64,000 bases of DNA from Candidatus Levyibacteriota bacterium (GCA_963790825.1 CAWBPM010000002.1:359159-423158); one strand, 5' to 3'. Counted from the stretch's first letter, positions 1 through 11,115 are shown. Notes: generated by a model from the sequence alone, not told the origin. Translations and numbers: made by a program.

Positions 1-784
1 CGTAAGCTTTAAGAGAAGCTATTTGGCTACCGATATATGTAGTTCCAAGCAAAAATCCGATTTCGTAAGCAATAGGTTCTTGTTCAAAATATAAGATGTT
101 TATAAGAAGGTTATTTTTAAGTCTTTTTGCTAAAGATAAATAAAAATTTCTGGTCAGTTTACTTGAAAAAGCACTATATCCTCTCGTTTCCCTTCTCCCT
201 TTACCATCAATTGAAAAAACAATATCTAATATATCGCCTGAGGTTTCCCCGTTAAAAAACTTCATGGAAAGCTTTTTTTCAATATTTCGAGCCGGTTTCA
301 ACAGTTTATTCTTTTTTCTGATTAGCACGTTTCCTTTTTCATCTTTATTAAAATACATGAAGTAATTGATGCTGTTTTGAGTGTATTCGATTTCCGATGT
401 ATATTTTTTTAGTTCCGTTAGATATTGTTCCGAAATATTATCGAGAACAATCGTTCCGGTTTGTAGTAATTGATTCAGTAATTCTTCCATTATCTTTTTA
501 TTTTGATAATCGATTAGAAAAGGAATCCCCAAGACAAAGTCTCCGGGAGGCAGTGTATAAACAGCAACACCAACTTTTTTCTCTTTAATCAGACTAGCAA
601 TACCTAATAATGTATCTTCCTCATAGATTGCCAAAATAATAAAATTCGCATAATGAAACGTTTCTAAAACCGAAATAAACCATTGTGGACCATTCGCATA
701 ATTGGCAAACTTCGAACGTTTCCAAAGATCTAACCAATCGTTCAAAAGATTATTTTCTAAGTTTGTGTAGCGTATTATTTTCAT
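1..784 (-). CDS. GNAT-family (CelD/BcsL-like) acetyltransferase, runs off the window edge
   Basis: Not in the ORF track. Manual translation from ATG 784 (ATGA overlap with the upstream stop) gives MKIIRYTNLENNLLNDWLDLW...NILYFEQEPIAYEIGF, open to base 1. Pattern and polysaccharide-locus context fit CelD-like GNATs. Confidence 0.65.
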   Translation of the reverse strand, partial: MKIIRYTNLENNLLNDWLDLWKRSKFANYANGPQWFISVLETFHYANFIILAIYEEDTLLGIASLIKEKKVGVAVYTLPPGDFVLGIPFLIDYQNKKIMEELLNQLLQTGTIVLDNISEQYLTELKKYTSEIEYTQNSINYFMYFNKDEKGNVLIRKKNKLLKPARNIEKKLSMKFFNGETSGDILDIVFSIDGKGRRETRGYSAFSSKLTRNFYLSLAKRLKNNLLINILYFEQEPIAYEIGFLLGTTYIGSQIASLKAY

Positions 785-1554
785 ATATTTTCTCCTTTCG
801 CAATAGAATATATTTCGTTATGCTTAGGAATCCTACCGTTTGGAAATAAACCGGCAAACTGTGTTTTATATAACTTTATTAATCTGGACTTTTTGAATAA
901 ATTTGGCATCAGTGTATATATCTGCTGATTTTCTTTTGTTTTTTGCGAAGAGACTTTTTCTCGGATGTTGTAAGGAAAATCGGAATATAAAATCAGATCA
1001 TCAAATAACTCCTCACTTACTCTTCGTATTATTTGATGATCGGCATGGTTTCCTATACCTGAAGGAGCAAAGAATAAAACATCTTTTTTACTATATTTCT
1101 TCAGTATTTTTTTCAGTATTTTAGGAGCGTAATCCGTAGAAGAGATTGCCTTTAGGATATGCCAACGATATGTCGGATAAATATGAATAACTTCTGGAAT
1201 GAGTTTACCGAGAAGACTAGATTGTTTTTTTCTTCTGAATAACGCGTCTTCTAAACCTAAATTAATAATTTTAACTCTTAGCTGAGATAATGCGTTCTTG
1301 TCTTCCGTACATCTTGTATCGTACAGTAAGATGGCATCGCTCTGATTACCCGAATTTTTTAAAAACTTACGGGCAGACAAAGTGTATGGTTTTTTGTGTG
1401 CTTTTGTAAAGACATTTATTATTGTTATATCAGTTTTACCTGATAACTCAGATAACAAACCGCCGCAAGAAAGTATCGCATCATCAAAATGTGGTGAAAT
1501 AAAAACACAGGTTATTTTTTTATTTTTTATTTTATCTGCTAAATTTCTATCCAT
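781..1554 (-). CDS. PIG-L/LmbE family deacetylase
   Basis: SPHFDDA and GNHADH metal motifs, YSDFPY. Probable start is ATG 1554 (ORF track starts at 1623). Confidence 0.85.
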   Translation of the reverse strand: MDRNLADKIKNKKITCVFISPHFDDAILSCGGLLSELSGKTDITIINVFTKAHKKPYTLSARKFLKNSGNQSDAILLYDTRCTEDKNALSQLRVKIINLGLEDALFRRKKQSSLLGKLIPEVIHIYPTYRWHILKAISSTDYAPKILKKILKKYSKKDVLFFAPSGIGNHADHQIIRRVSEELFDDLILYSDFPYNIREKVSSQKTKENQQIYTLMPNLFKKSRLIKLYKTQFAGLFPNGRIPKHNEIYSIAKGENI

Positions 1555-1558
1555 ATTG

Positions 1559-2659
1559 TTATAGATTGGTGATATATTTTTCATACTGCTTTGCAATGCT
1601 ATCCCAAGTAAATTTCCTGGCATATTCTTTCCCGGCTTTTTTCATATCAGTTGCCCTTTTCCGATTTGATATTATTTGTAAAATGGCTTTTGCCAGAGCA
1701 TTTGTGTCATATGGACGAACCTTTTTTGCTGCTTTCATTGGAATCCAAGATAAACCTTCGGTGTTAAAGCACGCAACAGGAATACCATAAGCCATCGCTT
1801 CAAGTGCGGTAAGGGAAAAAGTTTCAAATCGTGAGCTGATAACCACACATGCAGCCCGACGTAGAAGCTCTGCTTTTTTTCTTCCTGACACTTTACCTAC
1901 TAATTTTATTGACTTGGTCATATCAAAATCTTTAAGAAGTTGTTTTAGCTTTTGCATCTCTTTAGCATTTCCGTCACCGGCAATAATTAACTGAAAATCA
2001 TCATTATTGGTATCACGAAACTTATGAAACGCCGAAACAAGTAAATCAATACCTTTTTGATCAATCTCTATCCTTCCTAAAAATAAAAGATATTTTCCGT
2101 TTTTATAATTTTTTTTTGATACTCTATCAATGCCATTACTTATAATAGATACTGAACATTTAGGATTAATCGTTAGTATTTTATTTTTCAAAACCTTACT
2201 TGTTACAATAATTTTTTGATACTTTTTAATTCCTCTATTTTCAATCAGATGAAATGGAAAGTAATATTTTCTTTCCATGTCCTCTGCCGCGAGCATATGA
2301 ACGATACCAATAACCGTTTTTTTCGTAAAAAGCGGCAGGAATGCCGTAGTGAATGGTGGACAAAAACTTTCGAGCAATATATCATAGGACTTTGTCATGG
2401 TTATAAAGGGTAACAAAAGTTGGTAAATAAACATTGCTGGCTTCGGAGATAAATATTCCAATCCAAACCGTTGATATTGTACGCCATCGATTTTTTCATT
2501 ATTTTTACCGTTGTAATTCCAACTGATAACAGAAACGTTATACTTACTCCGTAATCTTTTTGCCAGTTCATGAACCGCAACAGCACCCCCTCCACCATAA
2601 TGGGGATTTTTTATATCATCATAGGTAGTAATAATCAGTGATAATTTCTTATTTTGCAT
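1559..2659 (-). CDS. Glycosyltransferase family 4
   Basis: GGG N-terminal loop, FLGRI..QKG, SRFETFSLTALEAMAYGIP (E-x7-E). Confidence 0.92.
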   Translation of the reverse strand: MQNKKLSLIITTYDDIKNPHYGGGGAVAVHELAKRLRSKYNVSVISWNYNGKNNEKIDGVQYQRFGLEYLSPKPAMFIYQLLLPFITMTKSYDILLESFCPPFTTAFLPLFTKKTVIGIVHMLAAEDMERKYYFPFHLIENRGIKKYQKIIVTSKVLKNKILTINPKCSVSIISNGIDRVSKKNYKNGKYLLFLGRIEIDQKGIDLLVSAFHKFRDTNNDDFQLIIAGDGNAKEMQKLKQLLKDFDMTKSIKLVGKVSGRKKAELLRRAACVVISSRFETFSLTALEAMAYGIPVACFNTEGLSWIPMKAAKKVRPYDTNALAKAILQIISNRKRATDMKKAGKEYARKFTWDSIAKQYEKYITNL

Positions 2660-3575
2660 ATTTTATTGGTTTTTTACTTGATACAGTAATATCCCAAATA
2701 GGAGATTTGTTGACTTTACCTGAATGGTAAAATTTAGCAATAGAAAAACCGAGAAGAATAGCCAGTGGGGTGTAAAAAGGTTCCTGCAGGAAGGCTTTTA
2801 TCATGCCAATCAGTTTAACTTTTTTAGGGAAATAATAGACCTTTTCCATTTCGACTCCGAACATTTTTTCTAGCTTTTCATCTTTTTTACCGATTGAGCG
2901 ATCTAAGAATTTTTTTAAATCAGTAATTGTCGATATTGACCAGCTTAAAGTTTCGGCCTCACGACAATAGCGAAAACCATTAACTTCTGCCGCCTTCAGA
3001 TAGATAAAAAGGTGTGGATCAGATAAAGCATACGGTATATGTACACTTCGGACAAAAGGTCCTCTATATGCAGTGGCCGATCCGTGAAAGTTAGCAGCGC
3101 TGTCGTAATCCGGCATGCTCAAGCGAACAAAATCCCAAAGAATAAAATTGGTATAAATAATTTTCCCCACAAAACCATTCGGACGTATAAGGACATTGTG
3201 AGAAGATACCATTTGGGCATGATAATCGGTTAGTAATACATGGACCATTTTTTTTAGGAAATCATTTCCGACTGGGGCAATATCAGCATCTAACACAACG
3301 AGTATATCGCTTCGACATGTTTTAAATAACTGATTCACCAGGAAATATTTTCCTTTTCGTTTTTGTTCCCGAATTAATTTAATAATTGGATGCTTACTGC
3401 TTAATAAACGCACGATTTCGTCAGTTTTATCACTGCTACAATCAGACATTACGATAATTTCTTTAATTATAAAACCAGCTTGTTTTTGCCGTAATAAAAC
3501 CTGCAAAATGTTGCCGATATTTTGATCTTCATTATATGCCGGTATACCAATTGATACTGTCATTTTTTTTCTCAT
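2649..3575 (-). CDS. Glycosyltransferase family 2
   Basis: IPAYNE, SDCSSDKT, LDAD. Confidence 0.9.
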   Translation of the reverse strand: MRKKMTVSIGIPAYNEDQNIGNILQVLLRQKQAGFIIKEIIVMSDCSSDKTDEIVRLLSSKHPIIKLIREQKRKGKYFLVNQLFKTCRSDILVVLDADIAPVGNDFLKKMVHVLLTDYHAQMVSSHNVLIRPNGFVGKIIYTNFILWDFVRLSMPDYDSAANFHGSATAYRGPFVRSVHIPYALSDPHLFIYLKAAEVNGFRYCREAETLSWSISTITDLKKFLDRSIGKKDEKLEKMFGVEMEKVYYFPKKVKLIGMIKAFLQEPFYTPLAILLGFSIAKFYHSGKVNKSPIWDITVSSKKPIKYAK

Positions 3576-3577
3576 AT

Positions 3578-4507
3578 TTATATTGATTTTTTAAATAATA
3601 CGTGCGTGTACGCGAATGCTTTTGTCTTATTATTTGTCATTGTATAAAAAAGTCCACGTATTTTGCATCCGAATTTGAGAAATATCTTAATTAGCCAAAC
3701 GGTTTTTGGATAATGTTTTTTGTGAAAATAGACAAGTCCGTCAACATTTCTTTGTAGTAAAAATAAATAAGAAACATCTGTTTTCTTACTTGTTGATGCT
3801 CCGCCAAGATGAGTCGCTTGAATAGATGGTGCATAGTAAATCTTCATTTTTTTATCATATATCCGCTTACACCATTCCAAATCCTCCATATAGAGAAACA
3901 TCTTTTCATCATGTCCATGCGTTTTTTTAAATACCTCTTTTTTTAAGAAGAAAAAACAAGTAGGTATCCATTCTATCTGTTGCTCTTTTGTAAAATCTTT
4001 TTTATCCGCATAAATCCGCTTCATAAATTGGCTGAAAAAAGGCAGATTTTCAAAGCCCAGAAGCCAGCGGACTGTTTTAAACGGCGTCGGTAAATATCCT
4101 CCTATCCCTCTAAACTTTTCATTCGGACTAATAACAATGCCTGTTGCTACATCACATTTAACATGCATATTCATATAAAGTAGAGAATCAACCAGGGTTG
4201 ATGTTTTTAGTAAAGTATCGGAGTTAATAAGCAGGATATAAGGAGTTTTTGCTCGCTTCATACCCGCATTATAGCCATAAGCTACGCCCATATTTTTTCG
4301 AAGTGCAACAAGAATCACGTCCTTATATTTTTTCTTTACCATCTCCACGGTTCCGTCTGAGGAACCGTTATCAACAACAATAATCACAATACGATTTTTT
4401 ATCCTTTTTTGAGAAAAATGCATTGCGGCTTTGGCATCTCGTATACATTTATCCGTAATATCTTTGACATTAAAGGACAGAATAATAATTGTGCAATCAT
4501 TTTTCAT
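3578..4507 (-). CDS. Glycosyltransferase family 2 (WbbL-like)
   Basis: VDNGSSDGT, NxG.A.GYN.G, INSDT, DEKMFLYMEDLEWC, H.GG.S. Probable start is ATG 4507. Confidence 0.9.
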   Translation of the reverse strand: MKNDCTIIILSFNVKDITDKCIRDAKAAMHFSQKRIKNRIVIIVVDNGSSDGTVEMVKKKYKDVILVALRKNMGVAYGYNAGMKRAKTPYILLINSDTLLKTSTLVDSLLYMNMHVKCDVATGIVISPNEKFRGIGGYLPTPFKTVRWLLGFENLPFFSQFMKRIYADKKDFTKEQQIEWIPTCFFFLKKEVFKKTHGHDEKMFLYMEDLEWCKRIYDKKMKIYYAPSIQATHLGGASTSKKTDVSYLFLLQRNVDGLVYFHKKHYPKTVWLIKIFLKFGCKIRGLFYTMTNNKTKAFAYTHVLFKKSI

Positions 4508-5894
4508 AGGTGTATATTTTAAAAAAATCTCCGATTGAATTTTCAATCGTTTGTACTGTTGCCTGTTGAAAATGCATAAAAATCATCACAACGAGATTGA
4601 CGATACCAACAATACTCATTGCCAAAACAATAGAATAAACCGTGGAGTGATTGAAAATAATGAGAATAATCTGCAGAATACTTAAAAGAAATCCTATGAT
4701 GGGAAAACTATATAATTTTCGCATTTGGTAAAACGAGGTAAATATTTGTGAAACGGTAAAACACATCATTGCAAATAAGAATAAACTAAGATAGGGGACA
4801 ATCGTGCGCGCTCTTTCTCCTAAAATGAATGGTGCACTAATATATCCGAAAACGCCAAAAATGAGAAAACCAATAAAACTCAGAAAGAAAGTAAAAAGTA
4901 CTAAAAGGTACAGTGTCTTCAGAGTATTTTTATTGGCTCCCAAATCCCTACTCACCAACGGTATAACAAATGGAGATGCCAGCCCACCCAAAAAATAAAC
5001 GCTTTTACCGATTAATGACACAAGCGCATACCTTCCTGCATCGACTGACGATAAATAATGTTTTGCCAGAACAATGTCCAAACTAATGAATGAAAGTGTT
5101 GATAGACCGGAAAGTAAGGATACAAGGAGAAATTTCTTGGGAAAATACACAATATCGCTGCGTGAATACTCTTTTTCTTTCTCCCAGGTTTTTCTTCTTA
5201 TGATTAAAAACCAACCCAAAATAAATGATACAAAGAATGAAATCGGAATCGTAATATACATTAATCGAGTAAGATGCAGCGTTATCAGAATAATTGCTGA
5301 TAATATTTTTATCACCGGTTCTGCGAGTACAACTAATGCAAGTTGACCAAAGAAGAATTTTGCTGACAGAAACCCTTTGTCTACTCCTGCAGCAAAACCG
5401 CTCAGAGTAATTGCAGCAAAAGAAATAAAAAATAATAAGTCTTCTGTCTGGAAAAAAGTATTTAAAAATGGTGAGGTAATAAGCCAAAGTAAGGAAATAC
5501 ACATTCCGAAATATAGAGAATATTTTCGTACATACTTCCAAAACTGATATCCCGCTTCATCGCTAAATTTTCCGATTAAGAATCCACTTCTGTAATTTAC
5601 TGTCAAACTTAATGGACCAAAAAATATGGACGAAAATGCATAAAAACTTCCCATAAGACTAATAAGTGCAAAATCATTTAAATCAAGCACTCTGCCTAAA
5701 TATGCCGAAAAGGCAAAATTTAGTACATTCGCAAACGTAGTAGCAGTAATTAGCAATGCTCCGGTAAAAAATATCCGTCTGCTTGTAATTATTGATGCTA
5801 ATTGTCTGCGAAACCGGACAGGAAACTGGAATCTTCCAATTCTCTCTTCCGCTTCAATAATAATTTCTGTATTTATATTTGATAAAGTACGCAT
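4497..5894 (-). CDS. Wzx/MOP-type oligosaccharide flippase
   Basis: About 12 hydrophobic segments; LGRVL...F and DIVLAKHYL...AG.Y; paralog of the flippase module in 5945-10678. Confidence 0.85.
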   Translation of the reverse strand: MRTLSNINTEIIIEAEERIGRFQFPVRFRRQLASIITSRRIFFTGALLITATTFANVLNFAFSAYLGRVLDLNDFALISLMGSFYAFSSIFFGPLSLTVNYRSGFLIGKFSDEAGYQFWKYVRKYSLYFGMCISLLWLITSPFLNTFFQTEDLLFFISFAAITLSGFAAGVDKGFLSAKFFFGQLALVVLAEPVIKILSAIILITLHLTRLMYITIPISFFVSFILGWFLIIRRKTWEKEKEYSRSDIVYFPKKFLLVSLLSGLSTLSFISLDIVLAKHYLSSVDAGRYALVSLIGKSVYFLGGLASPFVIPLVSRDLGANKNTLKTLYLLVLFTFFLSFIGFLIFGVFGYISAPFILGERARTIVPYLSLFLFAMMCFTVSQIFTSFYQMRKLYSFPIIGFLLSILQIILIIFNHSTVYSIVLAMSIVGIVNLVVMIFMHFQQATVQTIENSIGDFFKIYTYEK

Positions 5895-5944
5895 AATGAA
5901 TTTAAATAATTCCCAGAAAACATACTATGGGTTTATTAACTAGT

Positions 5945-8900
5945 TCAAAAATATCTCTCCATTCTTTTTATATTTTCTTCATTAACAGTTACGGCGCTTA
6001 AGGAAAGTTCATGCTCAATCCCGGCAAAACTCTTTTCTATCAATTCATAGAAAGATTGTGCGCTTTTCTCCCAGGTAAACTGATAAGCCCACTTAATTGC
6101 TTCCTGAGAAAAATTCTTTCTCAGATTTTCATTAGTAATAAGTTCCAATATTTTGTTTGCAAATTCATCTGCGTCCCCGTAGGGAACGAGAAAACCGGTT
6201 GAGGGATTATTAATGGAATCTCTAAGTCCCGGCACATTTGATGCAACCGTCGGTGTCCCGCACGCATTTGCTTCAATGGTTGTAATACCCCAGCCTTCCA
6301 TAAAGGAAGGATTTACAAATACCCATGCTTTCTGGAAAAGTTTAATTTTCATATCTTCTTCTACTTTTCCGGTAAATAGAATTTTATTTTTCATACCGAG
6401 ATTCTCGGCGTATTTCTCAAGTTTTCTTCTCTCTTCTCCCTCTCCGGCAATAATAAATTCTACTTCGGGGATGCTCTCGGAAATTTTCTTGGCTGCTTTT
6501 ATCAAAATATGCAGACTTTTATAAGACTGAAGTCTTCCTAAATATAAAACAGACGGGATCATACTCTTTATTCCTGGTTTATACTTCCCGAGATCAACAC
6601 CGTTATAAACAATCATTGGCTCTTTTTTTGTCAGTTTATGTCTCAGTATCTCTTCTTTGGAAGACGGAGAAACAGTCACAACCTGAACACTTTTGTAAAC
6701 CAAAGGCATAAGTTTTGCTTCCAGGAATAACGCTAACCATGAGAATGGTGGTTTTAAGCTTTTTCTAAATACTTCCTGATGCACGTGGTGAATTAAGAGA
6801 AATTTAGGCTTAAATGAATATAAAGGCGAAAAAAATGGAATACCATTTTCAGAGTCGATGATAGCATCAAATTTTCCATGCAGTCGGAAAATATAATAGA
6901 GACATGCCCAAAGATAAACGGTATAAAATCCTCCACGCCTGATAATTTGTACACCGTCAATTATTTCATTTCTTGGTCCTTTTAAACTATTTCCGCAAAA
7001 GACAGTAACAGCATTGCCGTCTTTTACCCACCGTTTGGCAAGTTCCTGAATGTAGACTTCTGCTCCCCCTGCCCATTTATGCCGTGTGTCACGCCAATTT
7101 AAAATAAGTATTCGTAATTTATCTCTTTTAGTATATGTCTTTTTATATGTTTTAAATAAGCCAAAAAAATCGACCATATTGTTTTCAAATGTCTTTACCT
7201 GCACTGCAAAAAGATGAAGAGTTAATGTAATAGTCAGATAGAAAACCCAAATAAAACTCATAACGTAAACAAACGAGAAAACTGTTTGGTGGAAAAACGA
7301 GATAAGAACAATTTGCAAGACACCAATTAATAACGCTGCTCCGGCAAAACTATAATATCTCTTCGTTAAATAGTAATCACCATAAACTCGAGAGATGGTA
7401 AAGCATAACATCGCAAGAGACATCGGAAGAAGATAGGCAGTTGCGGCAATTGCTTTCTGTCCGAAAAGATAAGGAGCTGAGTAGTGACCTAAAATACCGA
7501 AAACCAAAACAGCCGGAAACGCTAATATAATAGCGCCGAGAATCGCTACCATAAGAATTTTTTTTGAATCTCTGTTGGTTCCCTCGTCTCTGCTTATCAA
7601 AGGAATAAGAAACGGAGAGACAAAAGAACCCATAAAAAATATTGTTTTCGCTACTAATGATATGAGTGAATATAATCCTGCTTCGTTTGGACTGAGATAA
7701 TGTTTTGCTAAAATTACATCAAGATTGAGAAGAATCACTGAGGATAAAGCTGCCATTGAGGAGTTAAGAAAGTATTTCTTGGGAAAATATTTTGCTTCTG
7801 CGTGTACTGTTTCTTTCGCATTTTTTCTACTTTTTACGATCATAATCCATCCTGCCAGAAAGGCGATAGAAACAGAAAAGGGTATGGCTGTATACGCCCA
7901 AGACTTAAGTCCCAGCAATACTAGTAGGAATGCAAAACCGAGCTTGAGAATAGGCTCGAATATGGCCAGAATGCCAAGGAGCACAAAGCTTAAACGTGAA
8001 GACAAAAATCCTCTATCTGTTGCATATGCGAATATTACTAAAAGAACAGGGGAGAATAGAAGAAATGGAAATAAACTTTCTGTTTTAAAGAAATGTAAAA
8101 GAGAAGGCGACAGTCCAACCCATAAAATAGTCAGGACTATGGAAATTAGCAATAATTTTCCTCTGGTAAATTTCCAGAAATCGAATGCTGTGTTGTTATT
8201 ATATTTTCCTATGAGGTAGCCGGTTTTATAACCAACTGTTGCACCAAACGCTCTTGGTATAACCGAGGTGAGAGAAAATAATCCAGTCATGAGACCGATT
8301 AAGCCAAAATCTTCCAGACTTAATACGCGACCTAAGTAAGCACTATACAAAAAATTGAATAAGTTACCGAGACCTAAAGCTCCCATGTAGAAGACACCCG
8401 CCAGGTAATTGCCGTGAAGCCTTATTTCTGTTTTAAACCGATTTTTAATTTTTGCAAAAAAAACTTTCCGGTTATTTGAGTCAATATAGATAATTTGTTC
8501 CATAATGACATCGGGTAAACTGTGTAATGATTTAAAACGAAGCCCATGAATTGTTTTCTCCCAATAGTGCGGTTTAAAAAGTAACTGATACAAAGCCATC
8601 CCGCTCGCAATGCTGATTAAAAGCCAGTAGAACGGGATTAAGAATGTGTATTTAATAAGTCCCCATTGTTTACGTTTGGCACATCCGATCATATAGCAAT
8701 AAAAAAACATAAAATTTCCAAAAACCAGCGAAAGTACAGCGAGGTACAATACGGGGGAGGGGTATAGAGATTGGATGAAGTGACCGGCAAAAGGGTAGAG
8801 AGTAAAATAGGCAATTGTTAATAGCCAAAGCAAGGGATTTAGCAAGATAAAGGCTAATTTCCCTCCAACTGTTAGTTGAAAAAACAAGACATGTATTCCT

Positions 8901-10678
8901 TTTTGACGGGCAAACCTAAAAGTATGACGCATATGAACCAGATAGGTTTGCATATAGCCTTTTATCCAGCGCGACCTTTGTCTCATCCAATTCGTCAGAT
9001 TACTATTTGCCTCTTCAAATGTTGTGGAATCGATAATCGCAGTCTTATACCCTTTTTTAAAAAGCCGTATACCCATGTCCGCATCCTCAGTGACGTTAAA
9101 TGCATCCCAACCCCTTAGCTTCTTCAGATCCTCTGTCCTAAAATGATTGCTGGTTCCGCCCAGCGGTAAACTGGTTTCAAGTGATTGTAACCCCGGAAGT
9201 GTTACGTCAAACCACAGCGAATACTCTGCGGTAAAGAAACGCGTGAGAAGATTTTGTTTAGGATTATAATAATTTAATTTTGCCTGCAGGCAAACAATGT
9301 CCCGCGGACATTTTTGAAAAGCCAAATAGGCTTTTTTTAACTGCATTGGATCCGGAGAATCTTCGGCGTCGTAAATAACCAGATACTCTCCCAAAGCTTC
9401 TGATAAACCGAAGTTACAAGCTTTCGGTTTTGTTTTCGGCATCGAATAAGGAACAACGACGACTCGAACGTAAGACGGAAGTATCATTGTTTCTACCTTT
9501 TCTATAGATTCTCTGTCATCTTCTTCCAGTAAAAGCAGTACGTCTAATTTGTCTTTCGGCCACTGCAATAGCTCTATAGCACGAAGAAATTGAGGAATAA
9601 CCTGCGCTTCTTTATAGAGCGGACAAAGAATAGAGTAAATAGGAAGAGTATCGTCATTGAGGCTATTAATTTCTTTCGTGTCAACTGAAATTTCTTTATC
9701 AAAAGTCAGACTTTTGCTTACAATAAAGAAATTAAATAGTGCATCGACCAAATAAACCAGACTTAAAATGGCAATTATTATTTTTAAAGTAGTAAGAAAT
9801 TCGAAGAACAAACCAAACAGGAAAAGAGTAAGGACAGCGAAGATAAATATCTTCTGTTTTAGCTGCAGCGTATAGATCGCGGAATCATCAAAATCTAACG
9901 TAGTATGGGTAATATACTTTCTTTTTTTATAACCCATTCCTGCACCTTTCATGGAAGAAGAAGTTGTGGGAGGAATTTGTTGGGGATATAATTTTCTTAA
10001 CCTGATATATAAAGCACTAAGCAGTATCTTGCTTATGCTAGCCAAAGAAGAAACAGGTGAGTTTATTGAAAAATTCAAAGGGAAAGCAATTTCATAATTA
10101 GTGATAATAAACCCTGCCTGTTTCGCCCGGTAAAAAAATTCCAGGTTAAATGTTTGGTCGGACAGAGGATTAAACTTAAGAGTATCGAGGACCTCTCTTG
10201 AGAATATTTTTATTCCTGATTCTGTGTTTATATCTATGCCAAAAAGTGTTTTACCAAGCAGAGAGGTAAGAGTACCCGCAAATGTTCTTTTAGGGTTATT
10301 TTTTTGTTCTTTTTTCGCTGAGGCAACGATTATATCCGCCTTGTCTAACTTTTTAATCATCTCCGGAATTGCCGCAAGCGGGTAGCGTAAATCCGGGTCT
10401 ATTAGAATAACTGCGGAACCGGCCGTATTTTTAAACCCCTCAAGCACATAACCTGCCTTACCTTTTAATCCCGTGTTTCTATAAACTGAAAAATTTTTGT
10501 TTTTCTGCATTTCTTGTAATAGCTGAAGCGAGTCGTCTATCGAATAGTCATCAATAAAAATAATTTCGTAGGGGTAATTTGTAGCCGTAAATGCTTTTTC
10601 AATACCACTTATGATTTCCCCAAGCAAATTTTGCTTATTATATATAGGTATAATTATACTGATCAATCTATCTCTCAT
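5945..10678 (-). CDS. Multidomain fusion: DPM1-like GT2 + membrane processive-type GT2 + Wzx flippase + GT4
   Basis: N-terminal IIPIYN/DDYS.D/DPDL; then TKPKACN, YDAED, GGTSNHF, TEDAD, RQRSRW; then a TM flippase block; C-terminal AGGAE...EGWGITTIEANACG. Confidence 0.9.
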   Translation of the reverse strand: MRDRLISIIIPIYNKQNLLGEIISGIEKAFTATNYPYEIIFIDDYSIDDSLQLLQEMQKNKNFSVYRNTGLKGKAGYVLEGFKNTAGSAVILIDPDLRYPLAAIPEMIKKLDKADIIVASAKKEQKNNPKRTFAGTLTSLLGKTLFGIDINTESGIKIFSREVLDTLKFNPLSDQTFNLEFFYRAKQAGFIITNYEIAFPLNFSINSPVSSLASISKILLSALYIRLRKLYPQQIPPTTSSSMKGAGMGYKKRKYITHTTLDFDDSAIYTLQLKQKIFIFAVLTLFLFGLFFEFLTTLKIIIAILSLVYLVDALFNFFIVSKSLTFDKEISVDTKEINSLNDDTLPIYSILCPLYKEAQVIPQFLRAIELLQWPKDKLDVLLLLEEDDRESIEKVETMILPSYVRVVVVPYSMPKTKPKACNFGLSEALGEYLVIYDAEDSPDPMQLKKAYLAFQKCPRDIVCLQAKLNYYNPKQNLLTRFFTAEYSLWFDVTLPGLQSLETSLPLGGTSNHFRTEDLKKLRGWDAFNVTEDADMGIRLFKKGYKTAIIDSTTFEEANSNLTNWMRQRSRWIKGYMQTYLVHMRHTFRFARQKGIHVLFFQLTVGGKLAFILLNPLLWLLTIAYFTLYPFAGHFIQSLYPSPVLYLAVLSLVFGNFMFFYCYMIGCAKRKQWGLIKYTFLIPFYWLLISIASGMALYQLLFKPHYWEKTIHGLRFKSLHSLPDVIMEQIIYIDSNNRKVFFAKIKNRFKTEIRLHGNYLAGVFYMGALGLGNLFNFLYSAYLGRVLSLEDFGLIGLMTGLFSLTSVIPRAFGATVGYKTGYLIGKYNNNTAFDFWKFTRGKLLLISIVLTILWVGLSPSLLHFFKTESLFPFLLFSPVLLVIFAYATDRGFLSSRLSFVLLGILAIFEPILKLGFAFLLVLLGLKSWAYTAIPFSVSIAFLAGWIMIVKSRKNAKETVHAEAKYFPKKYFLNSSMAALSSVILLNLDVILAKHYLSPNEAGLYSLISLVAKTIFFMGSFVSPFLIPLISRDEGTNRDSKKILMVAILGAIILAFPAVLVFGILGHYSAPYLFGQKAIAATAYLLPMSLAMLCFTISRVYGDYYLTKRYYSFAGAALLIGVLQIVLISFFHQTVFSFVYVMSFIWVFYLTITLTLHLFAVQVKTFENNMVDFFGLFKTYKKTYTKRDKLRILILNWRDTRHKWAGGAEVYIQELAKRWVKDGNAVTVFCGNSLKGPRNEIIDGVQIIRRGGFYTVYLWACLYYIFRLHGKFDAIIDSENGIPFFSPLYSFKPKFLLIHHVHQEVFRKSLKPPFSWLALFLEAKLMPLVYKSVQVVTVSPSSKEEILRHKLTKKEPMIVYNGVDLGKYKPGIKSMIPSVLYLGRLQSYKSLHILIKAAKKISESIPEVEFIIAGEGEERRKLEKYAENLGMKNKILFTGKVEEDMKIKLFQKAWVFVNPSFMEGWGITTIEANACGTPTVASNVPGLRDSINNPSTGFLVPYGDADEFANKILELITNENLRKNFSQEAIKWAYQFTWEKSAQSFYELIEKSFAGIEHELSLSAVTVNEENIKRMERYF

Positions 10679-10684
10679 AGTTTT

Positions 10685-10885
10685 TTATTTTTCTATCTTA
10701 TTTACAACACGATGATCATTAATGAATTTATATAATGCCGGTTTTTCAATGCGGTAATGCCCTCCGAATTCCAGTGCTTCAATTTTTCCTTCTTTAATAT
10801 ACTTATAGATTGTCAGGATACTTAGCTTCAGAATTGAGGCTACTTCCCGGACTGTTAGTAATAAATTTTCTTCTGTTTGTCTCAT
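10685..10885 (-). CDS. Excisionase-like HTH_17 DNA-binding protein
   Basis: LLTVREVASILKLS..TIYKYIKEGKI....GGHYRI; first gene of the polysaccharide operon. Confidence 0.88.
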   Translation of the reverse strand: MRQTEENLLLTVREVASILKLSILTIYKYIKEGKIEALEFGGHYRIEKPALYKFINDHRVVNKIEK

Positions 10886-11115
10886 AGTCGAATATCTAAG
10901 TTGTTATATATATCACAATATAGCTATATAGTCAATCTAATTGTAACTTTTACTATATTTTAAATACATTTGTTTATGTCCGATAATGTTTATATATTCT
11001 TAATAATACTGATTCGTTGCATAGTACAATAAGAAAGACTATAAGAACATAATTAAACTAACAGTTAAGTTGTTAAAATAAGTAAATAATACTTAAGAAC
11101 GGATAAAATCACTTC

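Noticed and set aside
10685-10885. Prophage excisionase marking an integrated element
   Set aside because: No integrase, att sites or phage genes nearby; it heads the glycan operon and is more likely a regulator.
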